Positions 1 through 11,900 of a DNA stretch of 64,000 nt are shown here, piece after piece. Below the pieces are notes generated by a model, which was not told the origin of the DNA, did not search any database, and was given only the letters and a program-made list of their open reading frames with translations. Where the stretch lies: positions 38,118,388 through 38,182,387 of the forward strand of contig NC_092670.1 of assembly GCF_964355755.1 (NCBI RefSeq), given 5' to 3'. A program made the position numbers and the translations under genes. This DNA is from Antedon mediterranea. Taxonomy: Eukaryota; Animalia; Echinodermata. Numbering within the stretch: position 1 is the first letter of the stretch; every line of letters starts with the position of its first letter.

Positions 1-771
1 TTACTAAATAGTATGCATTATTTAGTATTGTTTTCTTAGGTGTATTATTTCTGAGTGTAAGGCTGTAGCACCAAAGTAAGAGAGTAATTAATGTTTTTGT
101 GTTTTATTTAAGAGATATTTTTTATTTTCATGTATTTGAGGAATTTGTTTGAACAATTCTGTCGTAAGAAAAAGATACAACATATAATGCAATTGTCCAA
201 TATTGGAATTGCTTCAAAATGCAAGCATGGTGTCACTGGGGTTAGTTGTACTCATCACTTTTGGTCTTGTTCGGTGGAACGTCACTACACAGCTCTTATG
301 TTTTACCTCTATGGCTAGCTACTATAGTGTGTTTTTTTTCACTTTTTATCCCCAATCCAAGTTTTTATTTTCACAATATAGCATATACTACTATATTTAT
401 ACTAATGAGTAACTTGGTATTTATTTATTTATGGCCTTGTTGTTTGCCTGCTATCTAGCACAAACAGTTGTTTTATGTTGCAGTTAATCGTAATTATTTA
501 CTGGGTACTGTTCCAAATCGAGCTAACTAAGTCATGATTTATCGCTCAGTAACAAATGTTGTTTTCCTACGTTTATGGAATCTCTTGTGGTTTTTAAACA
601 GGCTTTTAAAATCTAGATTAATTTATCAAACCCATGTGTATGTCACTATTACATACATTTATGCATACTGTAATTAATCTGTGCATATATGTATAATGTG
701 AATGTTTAATTCTTAATGCATACAACCTTTTATGTTGATTGTGGCAAAGTTGTACTATTTATTATTATTCA

Positions 772-1340
772 CCAACCTGGATTGACAGACTTTTATCTGC
801 CCTAGATATAGCTTTCAGTAACCCTGGAATTTCATACATTTTAGCTACCCTGGATATTATTTACAACAACCCTGGATTGAAGATTTTTTAGCTACCCTGG
901 ATATTGCTTTCAGTAACCCTGGATTGAGATACTTTTATCTGCCCTAGATATAGCTTTCGGTAACCTTGGATTTTCATACATTTTAGCTACCCTGGATATT
1001 ATTTACAACAACCCTGGATTGAATATTTTTAGCTACCCTGGATATTATTTACAACAACCTTGGATTTTCATACATTTTAGCTACCCTGGATATTATTTAA
1101 AACAACCGTGAATTGAAGATTTTTAGCTACCCTTGATATTGCTTTCAGTAACCCTGGATTTTCATTTATTTTAGCTACCCTGGATATTATTTACCACAAC
1201 CCTGGATTGAAGATTTTAGCTACCCTGGATGTTGCTTTCAGTAACCCTGGATTGAGATACTTTTAAGTTACCCGGGATATTGCTTGTAACTTAGCTGATT
1301 TCAGCAACCCTGGATTTATTCAAAGTGCCTTGTAACCCAG
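772..1340. repeat. Minisatellite, ~44-bp unit made of two ~22-bp ACCCTGGAT half-units
   Basis: Repeated CAACCCTGGATT...TTTTAGCTACCCTGGATATT, about 12 degenerate units. Confidence 0.9.
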
Positions 1341-2003
1341 CTTATTTGATTTCTGGTTCATTTATTCTTAGTTGAAATCTGTTGCAGATTTTAAATTATT
1401 ATGAATGTCAAATGCTCAAAGTTTTTTTTTTATGTTCATTCAAATCAAAATGTAATTTATTTGCTAATTTGAATTTATTCAATTTTTGTTTTCGATTATG
1501 GCCAAACGTCGTGATTCGCTGGTAATCCAAATATTGCTAATAATAAAACCATGGATTGGTTTATTATTATTTTTTTTTCATTCTTGCATGTAAGTTATGT
1601 AATATAAAAATAGTTTTTGAACTGTATATTTTATCCCTGTTCCTATTTATTATGATTTTTTACTATTAGACATTTAGTTTTTCAGCAGCATTTTTTTTAT
1701 TTTAAAAAGTATTGTTGAGGATGAGAGGGTGAAGAAAATTATATTTTGACGGACTCTGAATGTATTTTAGTTGAGTTGTATATATGAATTTAATATAAGG
1801 CTATCTTCCTGACTTCAGTTGCTCTGAGTTGTGTTGTACAAATTGTAAATTTATCTGTTCTTTTTAAACAGAATGTTCTTTTACATTCGATGTCCTGCAA
1901 AATAAATTTTATTCTATTTTTAAATGGATATCGCAAGCCCAGTGTTTCCTCTGTAGAAAATGCAAACATTTGTTGTCATAGTTGATGTTAGTCATCTTAC
2001 ATA

Positions 2004-2120
2004 CAGTATAGAACCCTCCTTTTGGAATACCCCTATTCCGGGAAAACCCCTATTAAGGGACCACTTTCCCAAATCAGTCATTCCCTATGCATGGGACACT
2101 CCTTTATAGGGGTTTGACTG
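2004..2120. mobile_element. Tc1/mariner(pogo)-type MITE
   Basis: TA|CAGTATAGAACCC ... GGGGTTTGACTG|TA: CAGT termini flanked by TA. Confidence 0.6.
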
Positions 2121-2364
2121 TATATAGTTCTGTAACTGTTTATTGTGTTGAAAAAATAATTTGTCTGAGCTTTACAAATAACAGCTTGAACAATGTGTGT
2201 GATTTGTGTGTGTATTTCGTTAATTATTTTTAAAATATTTTTTTTACTGTGCTTTACATATATTTCATATGAATGTAAAATTTAAATACTGATGTGCTCA
2301 TGAATTTTTTTAAAGATTATTTTTATCAAAAATAAAGACTATTGTATTTTGATCTACGGCTTAA

Positions 2365-2474
2365 AGCTCTGTCTACACTATCAAACTAGTTTGACAAAAA
2401 GGGGTGTGCCCAAATATGGTAGTGTCATGATATGTCCATATATGGGCACAAAGTTTGATAGCGTAGAAATAGCT
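2365..2474 (+). mobile_element. MITE family A (Harbinger/Tourist-like), copy 1
   Basis: TIR AGCTCTGTCTACACTATCAAACT...AGTTTGATAG(C/T)GTAGA; internal GCCCAAATATGGTAGTG; TWA flanks. Confidence 0.85.
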
Positions 2475-3291
2475 TTATATTTCTATATTGCATGACATGA
2501 TTATTTTGTTGAAATATGTGTCAGGTGCAGGGTTGCCTTTACCTCCTTCAATATAGTCCATAAACCAAGATATGAGATTATTTTTTGAAACAGTGTTGCA
2601 ATGCCTCAATTTATTGGGCCTATGCAACTATACTACAAAAACATTGGTACATTTAATATAATACATCACATTGTTATAAGAGAGAACAAAAAATGGCATT
2701 CAAAATGCCATTTTCTGTGCTGTAGTATTAGAATACAAGACAAAATAAAAAAGATTTTTTTTCTAAATTGAATTTCAGCTTGACAAATTTGTTTTAGTTC
2801 ACGGAACTAAATATTCTAGACTCGGAGAAAAAAATATTCTGCGTATTAAATCAAATGTTCACATTTTTATCGCATTAGAAAGAATAATTTGTTTCTACTT
2901 TAGTTTTTGCACAAACAATACCAAAGGAAGATAAATGAATAACAGAAATAAAAAAGTAAAAGTTTTGAAGTTAAGATACACGAGATGTATCTAAATAATG
3001 AGTCATTAAAGATGGCTGACAGCCAAATAATTGATATTGTTGTTTGTATTCTTTGTGGCGTATATTGTTTACGGGTTTACCATGACCGTACGAGTGTCAA
3101 AACCCAGTGTTGTGGTGTTTCGGAAAATGATTCTGCACATGCTCAGAAGCGTGTACAGAGTGGCTGTTTAATGCTACGCGTTAAAACTACCAACATCATC
3201 TCAATCAATTCTAAACTGCCCGGTGATATACTGAAATTAATTAATTAATTTAAACGATAAGATGTGGAAATCTGTGAGATTGAGAAAAGTC

Positions 3292-3360
3292 ACCCCAACC
3301 GAGATTTGATCCTGGAACCTTCTGCTTGATATGCAAATGTCCTAACCATTAGACCACTGG
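3292..3360 (-). pseudogene. tRNA-derived fragment (SINE head or tRNA pseudogene)
   Basis: Minus strand has A-box-like TGGTCTAATGG and degenerate B-box GGATCAAATC at tRNA spacing; cloverleaf imperfect. Confidence 0.5.
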
Positions 3361-3405
3361 TATTGTTCAAACTCGATTGATATAGATATATATATATATT
3401 TGAGT

Positions 3406-3480
3406 GAGTGAGTGACCGAGCGGGTTAAGGCAGTGGAACCGTAATCCAGCCATAACATCGGCAAGGGTTCCTGACCCTTA
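3406..3480 (+). mobile_element. tRNA-derived SINE family S, 5' fragment
   Basis: GAGTGACCGAGCGGGTTAAGGCAGTGGAACCGTAAT..AGCCATAACATCG matches the head at 8247 and 16260. Confidence 0.7.
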
Positions 3481-4119
3481 GGTGAGAAACATGTAGTTGA
3501 AAAGTGTAACATCCGAGTCCACAGCGCAGAGTGACTATTTGCTTTATACACTATACAGATTTACATTACCGTATATATATATATATATCTGATTTTCCAT
3601 ATAATTCGTCTATAATTATACTTTATATAAAACCGTTTTAAGAAATCTAAGTCTTTTTAAGATCAAATTGCAGTTCCATCAATCATAACACATGACTATA
3701 ATTAAGTTTGTTTATAAAAAAGTTACATCACAGTATTTGTTTAAGTCTACTAAGCTATGTGTTTATGCTATTTGATGGTTAATTATAAAGTATGGCATAG
3801 AATTTCTAAACTCAACATGTTGTTTTTGTAGACTTAAATAAACAGTTTTTCTATTGGAAAGCAGACCTTTCATTGCTCTTTCTAAATTAACCTTACAATT
3901 TATCTATATTATAATAGGACTAACCCGTAATTTGTTATTTATCTCCTCCTTTAACGTTGTTATTTTTGTTGCTGGGGTACCTTTCAATTCACCAATTTGT
4001 CTACAGTATGTTTTTGGACCTCTTTCTCGGACATATTCTATATGTCACAATCGTGTCATAGAAAGGTCATCATGATTAGATAGTCCGCAACCATTTTTTT
4101 CCATACTTGACCTTCGTAA

Positions 4120-4265
4120 AGCGTGGTTCCGACAATGCAACAGTGCTGAAAACATCGCAAGTTTGATTTCACGTACCGTAGGCGGGGGAAAACACAATTA
4201 TTGGAAGGGAATTTTCTTACGTTGCGTAGGTTGTGTTACGTTGCATCGCTCGTAGGAACCAAGCT
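4120..4265. mobile_element. MITE family B (Harbinger-like)
   Basis: TAA|AGCGTGGTTCC...GGAACCAAGCT|TAA; internal sequence shared in inverted orientation with 40662-40752. Confidence 0.75.
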
Positions 4266-4268
4266 TAA

Positions 4269-4377
4269 AGGGTCTTTCACACCTGTTCCGGCACGATTAT
4301 GCGCGTAGCCTTGTGAAAACGAAAAACACAGATGTTTGATTTGCCGGCGCGGGACCGAAACAGGTGTCAAAGACCCA
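4269..4377. mobile_element. Small Harbinger-like MITE abutting family B copy
   Basis: TIR GGGTCTTTCACACCTGTT / AACAGGTGTCAAAGACCC with TAA on both sides. Confidence 0.7.
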
Positions 4378-4943
4378 TAAGATTGTTTGGATTGTTCACC
4401 AAAAAAAAAATGAAATATATATATATTCAGTTTGAATAATTCAGTTATTCATATATTCTACCTACTTTTTAATTATTCCCGATTACAAATCTTGTTGATA
4501 AGTTTAACTGCAATAATTATATTGTAATTTAGTTTGTGTCATTGATGATAAATTGCCTATTTGAAGATCTACTTAACCGCGAGTAAACTTCACCTCAAAC
4601 GTTACCCTAGTTGGCAACAATATGAATTCATGTATTTTAAATTATTGAGATAAATATTCTCAGTTTCAAGATTCAGTGTGGATACAGCCGCTCCTTCCCT
4701 AATTTTGAAAAATTACACTGCAAAAGATGAGTTATGTTGAGTACATAATGTTACCATTTTTAGGCCCTCTGAGCACCGAGAAATCCTAGATCCATCACTG
4801 AGATTCAAAATTTGAACTCGCACTAACTTGAGCAGGCGACTGCAGCCATGTATATGGCCTTGTTGTTTTGCAGTTTCGTTTCATAGAAAGGTGTACATGT
4901 TATTGTAGACTTCTTGTGTAGTATAGGCCTGGTAACTATATTA

Positions 4944-5086
4944 AGCTCAGTCTATACTATCAAACTAGTTTGTATGCCCAAATATGGTAGTGATATACCC
5001 AAATATGGTAGTGGTATGACATCATGTCCATATATGAGCACATCACATTTGTTTGTCACATTAAGTTTGATAGTGTAGACAGAGCT
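4944..5086 (+). mobile_element. MITE family A, copy 2
   Basis: TTA|AGCTCAGTCTATACTATCAAACT...AGTTTGATAGTGTAGACAGAGCT|TTA; two 21-bp internal units. Confidence 0.9.
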
Positions 5087-5579
5087 TTACTAGGGTACTC
5101 AACATTAATTTGCAATAACTGTACCAAATCTTTAAAGACAAAAACTTGATATCTTATTAAAGCTAAGTTAAACATAATTCTGAAATCTTAGATTAATAAG
5201 GAAACATGACCGGGAATAAACCCTGTCGTAAAGCTTTCCCCGAAGTATGGCTTAATTACTCTTGTAAATGCTAAGAGGAAAAGTGCTAGAGGTTACCGAA
5301 CTTGAAGACGAGTCTCGGCTGTGAAATTGCTCACAACAAATGAACAAGTTGATCCGATAATAAGAAATGGCAGCGGAATTCTGTCATCGATGTATTTGTC
5401 CTATTCGTGTCCTTCGGCACTGCATCCGTCCATTGGATAGAATGTTAAGATGTTGGTCATAAAAGAATACTCATTGTAAAGATTAAGGAATCAGGTGAGC
5501 TTGTAACGGTTTACTACAGTTCAACCATGGAGTAATAATTATTACTCTATGGTTGAATTTAGGATCTAATACCCCTTTC

Positions 5580-5897
5580 CAGTGGCATAACTGCTATAGT
5601 GCTCACTGGCTAAACCCAGGGGCCCTGGAGCTTACAGGGAGCCCCAGAGCATGAGTAGCCAATGCAACTACCTGGTGTTGGAGGGCCCCTTAGGAGTGCT
5701 AAACCAGAGGCCTTTGAGCTTACAGGGAGCCCCAGAGCATGAGTAGCCAATGCAACTACCTGGTGTTGGAGGGCCCCTTAGGAGTGCTAAACCAGGGGCC
5801 TTGGAGCTTAAATGGAGCCCCAGAGCATGAGTAGCCCAATGCAACTACCTGGTGTTGGAGGCCCCTTAGGAGTGCTAAACCAGGGGCCTTTGTCACT
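5580..5897 (+). mobile_element. hAT-like MITE derivative with three tandem 88-89-bp internal units
   Basis: Starts CAGTGGCATAAC like the 44620 element; CTAAACC recurs at 5610, 5699, 5787 and 5875. Confidence 0.75.
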
Positions 5898-7537
5898 ACC
5901 CCTTTCACATTAAAAACTGTAAATAAACTCCAGAGCGCCAGTACCAGTCACAAAAACTCTGGAGAGATCCCATTCACCTCAACTCTGCAACACCAGAGTT
6001 TTGCAATAAAAAAAAACCTTAAATATTATATCACTATGGTTGATAGTTTAAATAGTCAAGAGTGACCTTTTAACACTGGAAATTAAAGCCAGTACCTTTC
6101 ACATTGAATCCCTGTTTTTTTCTGGAGTTAAAGAACAGAATGCATTAGTATTATTATTTATATTTTAGCAAAGTGATTTAACCAATGAACTAACCAAGGT
6201 TTCATTCTGTTTAGTACAATATGTTTTTTTAATATTTATTATTTTTACTTTAGTTATTATTACATATTGAAATACTAACACATTTTGTTTATAATACAAC
6301 ATATAAACAATGGATGTATTACTGGATTAAAATCTCTATTATCTTAGATTTAAAATTCAGGCAAGCCATGCCAAAGCCGTTACACAATCGAAAACAAACA
6401 CCTCAGTAGGCTATTTATAGCTGAAGAGGTGTTCGACTCCAGCTCTACAAGGTAGCAGAGGAGGATCCCATATGTATGTATGTTTTCCTATTCAGTGTTC
6501 TGGCCCGATTTGATTTTCTGTAGTGATGTTTGCAGCACTGTTGCGTCGTCGGTTCCCACCTGTGATTACGCAATACAGCACTTGATACATTGATGCGTTG
6601 CGTTGCTAGTGTGAACCAAACTTTAGCAGCGTCAACAGTTGTTGTGGTGTGTCTAAAGTGTGACTCAATAATGAGTCAATCAGTCTCCATAGTTTTCTAA
6701 ATCCGTAACTAATGTTTAATCTAAATAAATACAATAATTATGAGTAGTATTTTTATATATAAATATTTTTTCTGAATTATTAAGCCTCTATATTCATTCA
6801 GTAAACTGAATTCTGATTAAGTGTAATTTCTAAAGATAAAACGTTTTAATTCATATAAGGAATGGTAACTAATATATCAATATAGTTATATAGCAATATA
6901 AACATTTACCCACAATAAAACATTAAAAACAATTATGAAGTATATAATATTCCATTAAGTATTTCAAATAAATATAAGTAATCAACAAATAATTATAATA
7001 ATTATATCAAACTTATGCCTTAATTTAATTAACACAATAGACAGGTGTGGTTGAATCTCTGCATGTTGTAATGATTTCATACAGGTGGATTAATCTCGCA
7101 TACAGGTGTCATTATTTCTTGGAACATAGCACAAGTGGTTTTTATAAAGGTGATAAACAATTTCAATATACTGGTTTAACTCGAATAAAATTGTATTTTA
7201 TACACTACTACTGTATCTTATCAACAGGTGGGCAAATTGCACTATTTTTGTATACAGGTGGTTTTTATCTCACTCTATAGGTTGTATAATATCACATTGG
7301 TCCAATTATCTCATAGTTTTTAATACAGTTAAATATAATGTGAGTTTGTCAGACTCGCATATCAACCATATTTCTGAATTAGTAATTTATTCTCACTAAA
7401 TATGTTTAATAATTTGTTTTAAATAATTATTATAATCGAAGACACAATTCTGGCAAGGATTCTTGTATGGTTTGGATTTACAATCATTACAAGGTTTTAA
7501 CTATTTGTTGTATTTTCAGTTATGGTTGCTGTTACTG

Positions 7538-7636
7538 TTACTGTTTTTCTGGTTTTGCCACTAACTTCTCGTCCCACGTCAGAACAACTTTACCGACATT
7601 TTTACGTTCGTGCATCTGCTTCATGGCATCCTTTAT
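7538..7636 (-). CDS. VAT1: VAT-1 homolog, exon 6 (last; IKDAMKQMHERKNVGKVVL...stop)
   Basis: Acceptor ttacag; MDR-family C-terminal RKNVGKVVL motif; TAA at 7538-7540; phase consistent. Confidence 0.9.
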   Translation of the reverse strand: MKDAMKQMHERKNVGKVVLTWDEKLVAKPEKQ

Positions 7637-7996
7637 CTGTAAGAAAAAAGATTTCAACTGTTAACTGAAATTTTGCTTCAGTTACTGCAGTTCATCTTCC
7701 AATTCATCGCAAATACCAGAGGATACATGGCAATAGTAAAATTATTTTTATTGATATGGACTTGTTCTGAAATAAAAAAATTCTAATGAGTTGACAGACA
7801 CTAACTTTTGAGGAGTAAAGAGGCATAACGATGAGGCCACTGGTTTAGTGCACAAGTGGCCCTCGAATGCTGGAGGTCTTTCTACATATTCTTTTTACCT
7901 TTTTATTCCTCTGGGCTCTGCTCAGAGGCCCCCATAAGCTAGTTTAGCCAATAAGCTCTCATAGCTGTTACGTCACTAGCTAGACCCAATACTCAC

Positions 7997-8238
7997 ATTT
8001 GCAAAATGCCAGACAGAGTCAATCTTGGGCTTGATTCTGCCTGCCTGGTACAATCGTATAATCTCATTCATTGCATTTGTGAGCAGTTCCGTCTCGTCGG
8101 CTAAGTAACCGAGATGGAAGCCGGACACGGATTTGTTCTTTTGCATCATGTCCATGGCACCAAACGAAGGGCTGTTCCACCAGGTCTTGGCTACGTTCAA
8201 CATGCTCCTATTTTCCCCCTGCATCATATTAGCCGCTC
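7997..8238 (-). CDS. VAT1: VAT-1 homolog, exon 5
   Basis: GAANMMQGENRS...AKTWW...NKSVSGFHLGYL...IKPKIDSVW is characteristic of VAT1; ttttag acceptor and gtgagt donor. Confidence 0.93.
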
Positions 8239-8246
8239 CTAAAAAA

Positions 8247-8530
8247 GTGAGTGAGAGGGTTAAGATAGTGGAACCGTAATTATGTAGCCATAACATCGAC
8301 AACAGTTCGAGGTTCACTTGCTCCATGGTTCCTTCTCGGAAACGGACTATAAACCGGAGTTCCCGTGTGCACATCTAGCTCATGTGCACTTTAAAGAACC
8401 TAGTACATCTTTCGAGATGAGTAGGGGGTTACCCCGGTGTACTAGTACACACAGTCACTGATCATAACTGGGCCCTCTGGGAGACCAGTCTTTGACTGAA
8501 GAGGTTACCCAGTATAAATAAATAGTTAAA
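8247..8530 (+). mobile_element. tRNA-derived SINE family S, near full length
   Basis: A-box-like head, GTTCGAG B-box-like motif, body shared with 16260-16420, 35612-35775 (inverted) and 53262-53335; AAAT tail. Confidence 0.75.
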
Positions 8531-8574
8531 ATAAATAACAAATTCAAATAAATAACAAATTCAAATATTACAAG

Positions 8575-8714
8575 TGTTTGTAGTACAGCGCTAGCTGTCA
8601 CGTGACACATGACACGTTGTTGTTTTAGTTATATCGTTATACGATCGAGTGATCCAATTAAAGTTTATTGTTTAAAGAGCTGTTTTTAGTAGTTTATTGT
8701 TTCCGAACATCACA
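8575..8714 (+). repeat. 5' LTR (140 bp)
   Basis: TGTTTGTAG...ACATCACA, identical to 13233-13372 by eye. Confidence 0.97.
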
Positions 8715-8718
8715 TAAT

Positions 8719-8731
8719 TGGCGACGAGGAT
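8719..8731 (+). other. Primer-binding site, tRNA-Ser(GCU)-like
   Basis: TGGCGACGAGGAT 4 nt after the 5' LTR, complementary to a tRNA 3' end ATCCTCGTCG-CCA. Confidence 0.8.
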
Positions 8732-8970
8732 TTTACTCAATATACAAAGAACTTTCAGAAAATCATTACTTACTTGGGCTACAAGTAAGGCAATATTTTA
8801 GGCCATCAGCAAGTAGGCCTAGAATTAATATCACCGATCAGCGAAGTGATTGCATTGCGGTACCGGCGAGGACGCGCATCACATTCACACTTAGCAACCA
8901 CCGTAGGCTAACGACCGCCTACTATATACGTGAGTTTTCAGTACTATTATACGACCATTATTGAACAGCA

Positions 8971-11900
8971 ATGGACATTAAGTCTTCTATTTTACCGTTC
9001 AAATCTGAACCCACGGAAACGGCACCAACTAGGTGGAAACGCTGGCTTAAGCGTTTTGATAATTTTCTCATTGCTAAGGCAATTACCGATGACGGACGGA
9101 AACGAGCAATGTTACTTCACCTAGGAGGAGAGGATGTGTTTGAAATAAGTGAAACTCACACGACAGGGAACGAAACTTATCTAGAAAGAAAAGAAAAATT
9201 GACAACGTACTTTGCACCTAAACGTAATGTTGAGTATGAAGTGTTCATGTTCAGGCAAGCTGCCCAGCACCCCACTGAATTGCTGGACAAATACTATGCT
9301 AGGTTGTGCCAACTAGCAAAGAACTGTGAGTTCCAGGATAAGGAAGCGGAAATAAAATCGCAAATTATCCAACGCTGTCAACTTGTAAAGGTCCGCCACC
9401 AGGGCTTAAGTGAAGCAAACATGACACTAAAAGCATTACTTATATTTGGTCGAACACTAGAAGCCACCCAGGTACAAGCAAAAGCAATGGCGGGAGGTGT
9501 AGAGACAGAAAAAACTATACATGTGGTAGAACACAAGCAGAAGTACTACCAACCTCGAAAACCGAAATATGGAGGGAAGCAAGGAGGTAAACATAAAGCA
9601 AAGCCAGAAACAAATAACCGTCGTTGCACAGGATGTGGAGGTTGTCATGGTACGGAGAAGCGTGATAAAGTTTGCCCAGCCTGGGGAAAACAATGTCATA
9701 AATGTAAACGATCAAACCATTTTGCTTCAGTTTGCAAGGCAACCACACCGGCAAATAATATGCACATGATACAAACAGAAACAGAGATTCCGGTGCAATC
9801 GGCGAAGGCAGCAACAATTGATGTTGATGAGTATGGATTTCCTTTATTTAAATCTGATACCTTAGGAAAATATGTGAAGCCTTACATGTGCGCTGTTACA
9901 CTTAATGGTGTACCAGTAATGATGGAGATTGACACAGGAGCGACAACAAGTCTAATGTGTGAAGAACAATTTGGAAACATAAAGAAAGGTAACCTGACCT
10001 TGAATACAGATTGCTTACCGAAGCTACGAACATACTCAGGAGAGATCATCGAACCAATAGGTCAGACTATGGTGAATGTGTGCTATGAGAAGAAAAGTTA
10101 CAATCTTCCATTGTTGATAGTACCTGGCAAGGGTCCAAGTTTACTTGGCAGAGACTGGCTACAACAGATGAAAGTAAATTGGGCAACCGTACATCATCTA
10201 GACAAACTTGACTATACACAGATCTTTCCAGAGCTTTTCAAAAATGAACTTGGTACGCTAAAAGGTAATAAAGCAAAATTGTGGATTGATAAGGAAGTAC
10301 AACCCAGATTCTTTAAAGCTAGACCAGTTCCACATGCACTACGCTCTAAAGTAGAGTCTGAATTGGATAGATTAGTAGCAGAAGGGGTGATTAAACCAGT
10401 AGAATTTGCAGATTGGGCTGCACCTATTGTCCCTGTTCTAAAAGCTAATGGGGATGTGAGAATTTGTGGCGATTACAAGCTTACTGTTAACGTTGCTGCA
10501 AAAGTGGACAGATATCCAATTCCAAACATCGAAGACCTTTATACCAAGCTAGCTGGAGGGAAATTCTACTCCAAGTTGGATCTCAGTCATGCTTATCAAC
10601 AAATTGAGCTTGACGAGGGGTCACAAAAACTAACAACAATCAACACAACAAAGGGGTTGTTTGTTTACACCAGGATGTGTTATGGTATCTCATCAGCACC
10701 CGGTATATTCCAACGCTTGATGGAACAAATCGTACAAGGAATTCCGAAGATTGCAGTGTACTTAGACGATGTGTTAGTGACAGGAGCTTCGCAGGAAGAA
10801 GCCAACGCAAACTTAATGCTTGTCCTAACTAGACTTCAAAATGCAGGACTACGCCTAAAGCGAGAAAAGTGTACGTTTATGCAGGAGTCATGTGTGTATC
10901 TAGGGCATAAACTAGATGCTGAAGGGGTACACCCAACTAAAGAGAAAGTCCAGGCAGTGGCACAGGCACCTATCCCAAAGAACACTTCAGAGCTGAAAAG
11001 TTACTTGGGTATGATAAATTATTATCATCGATTCTTGCGAAACCTCAGCACTGCTTTGGCACCACTAAATAATCTTCTGCGCAAAGATGTCAAATGGAAA
11101 TGGTGCGCAAACGAACAGAGAGCATTTGAGTTGTCGAAGAACATGCTACAATCTTCTCAAGTAATTATCCATTACAATCCAGCCCTACCATTACTCCTTA
11201 GCTGTGATGCATCACCATACGGCATTGGCGCTGTACTGTCTCATAGAATGCCTGATGGGATGGAAAAGCCTGTAGCTTTCGCATCTCGATCTCTTTTGAA
11301 GGCAGAAGCAAACTATGCCCACATTGAGAGAGAAGGGCTAGCAATCATTTTTGGAATTACAAAGTTCCATAAGTTCCTGTATGGTAGAGAATTCATCATC
11401 CAGACAGACCACAAGCCACTGTTAGGCTTATTAAAAGAGGACAAACTAGTATCAAGTATGGCTAGTGCAAGGATCCAAAGATGGGCCTTGAAATTGGCCA
11501 ATTATGACTATAAATTACAGTACAAGCCTGGTACCCAAAACGGCAATGCAGATGGTCTCAGTAGACTGCCGTTAGCCACTGTGCCAGCTACTGTTCCTGT
11601 TCCAGAGGAAATTGTGCTCTCAATGAACTTGCTGAACAATACTCCAGTGACAGCACCGCAGATAGCAAAATGGACAGCAAGAGATCCATTGTTGTCTGCA
11701 GTTCTTAAATATACACTCCAAGGTTGGCCTTCCGGGGTGGGAGAAGAATTCAAAATGTACCATCGCAAGAAGAGTGAACTTTCCACACAGAAAGGATGTT
11801 TACTTTGGGGTTCAAGAGTGATAATCCCAGCTCAAGGCCGAGAAATACTACTGTCAGAATTACATGAAAGCCATCCTGGCATTGTACGTATGAAATCATT

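Noticed and set aside
40-458. Possible exon at 40-95 and hydrophobic ORFs at 130-458
   Set aside because: No recognisable protein motif; may be the tail of an upstream gene but cannot be supported from this window
3292-3480. Functional tRNA genes
   Set aside because: Degenerate B boxes and stems; continuous with SINE bodies
5191-5494. GC-richer segment bounded by AG and GTGAG
   Set aside because: Stops in all frames examined and no homology recognised; at most a non-coding exon
7040-7262. Five CAGGTG E-boxes in about 220 bp
   Set aside because: They fit a decayed ~20-bp tandem repeat downstream of VAT1; no independent evidence of an enhancer
8490-8520. CTGAAGAG in the SINE tail as a hammerhead core (also ~53303 and 6421)
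   Set aside because: No properly placed stem II plus GAAA
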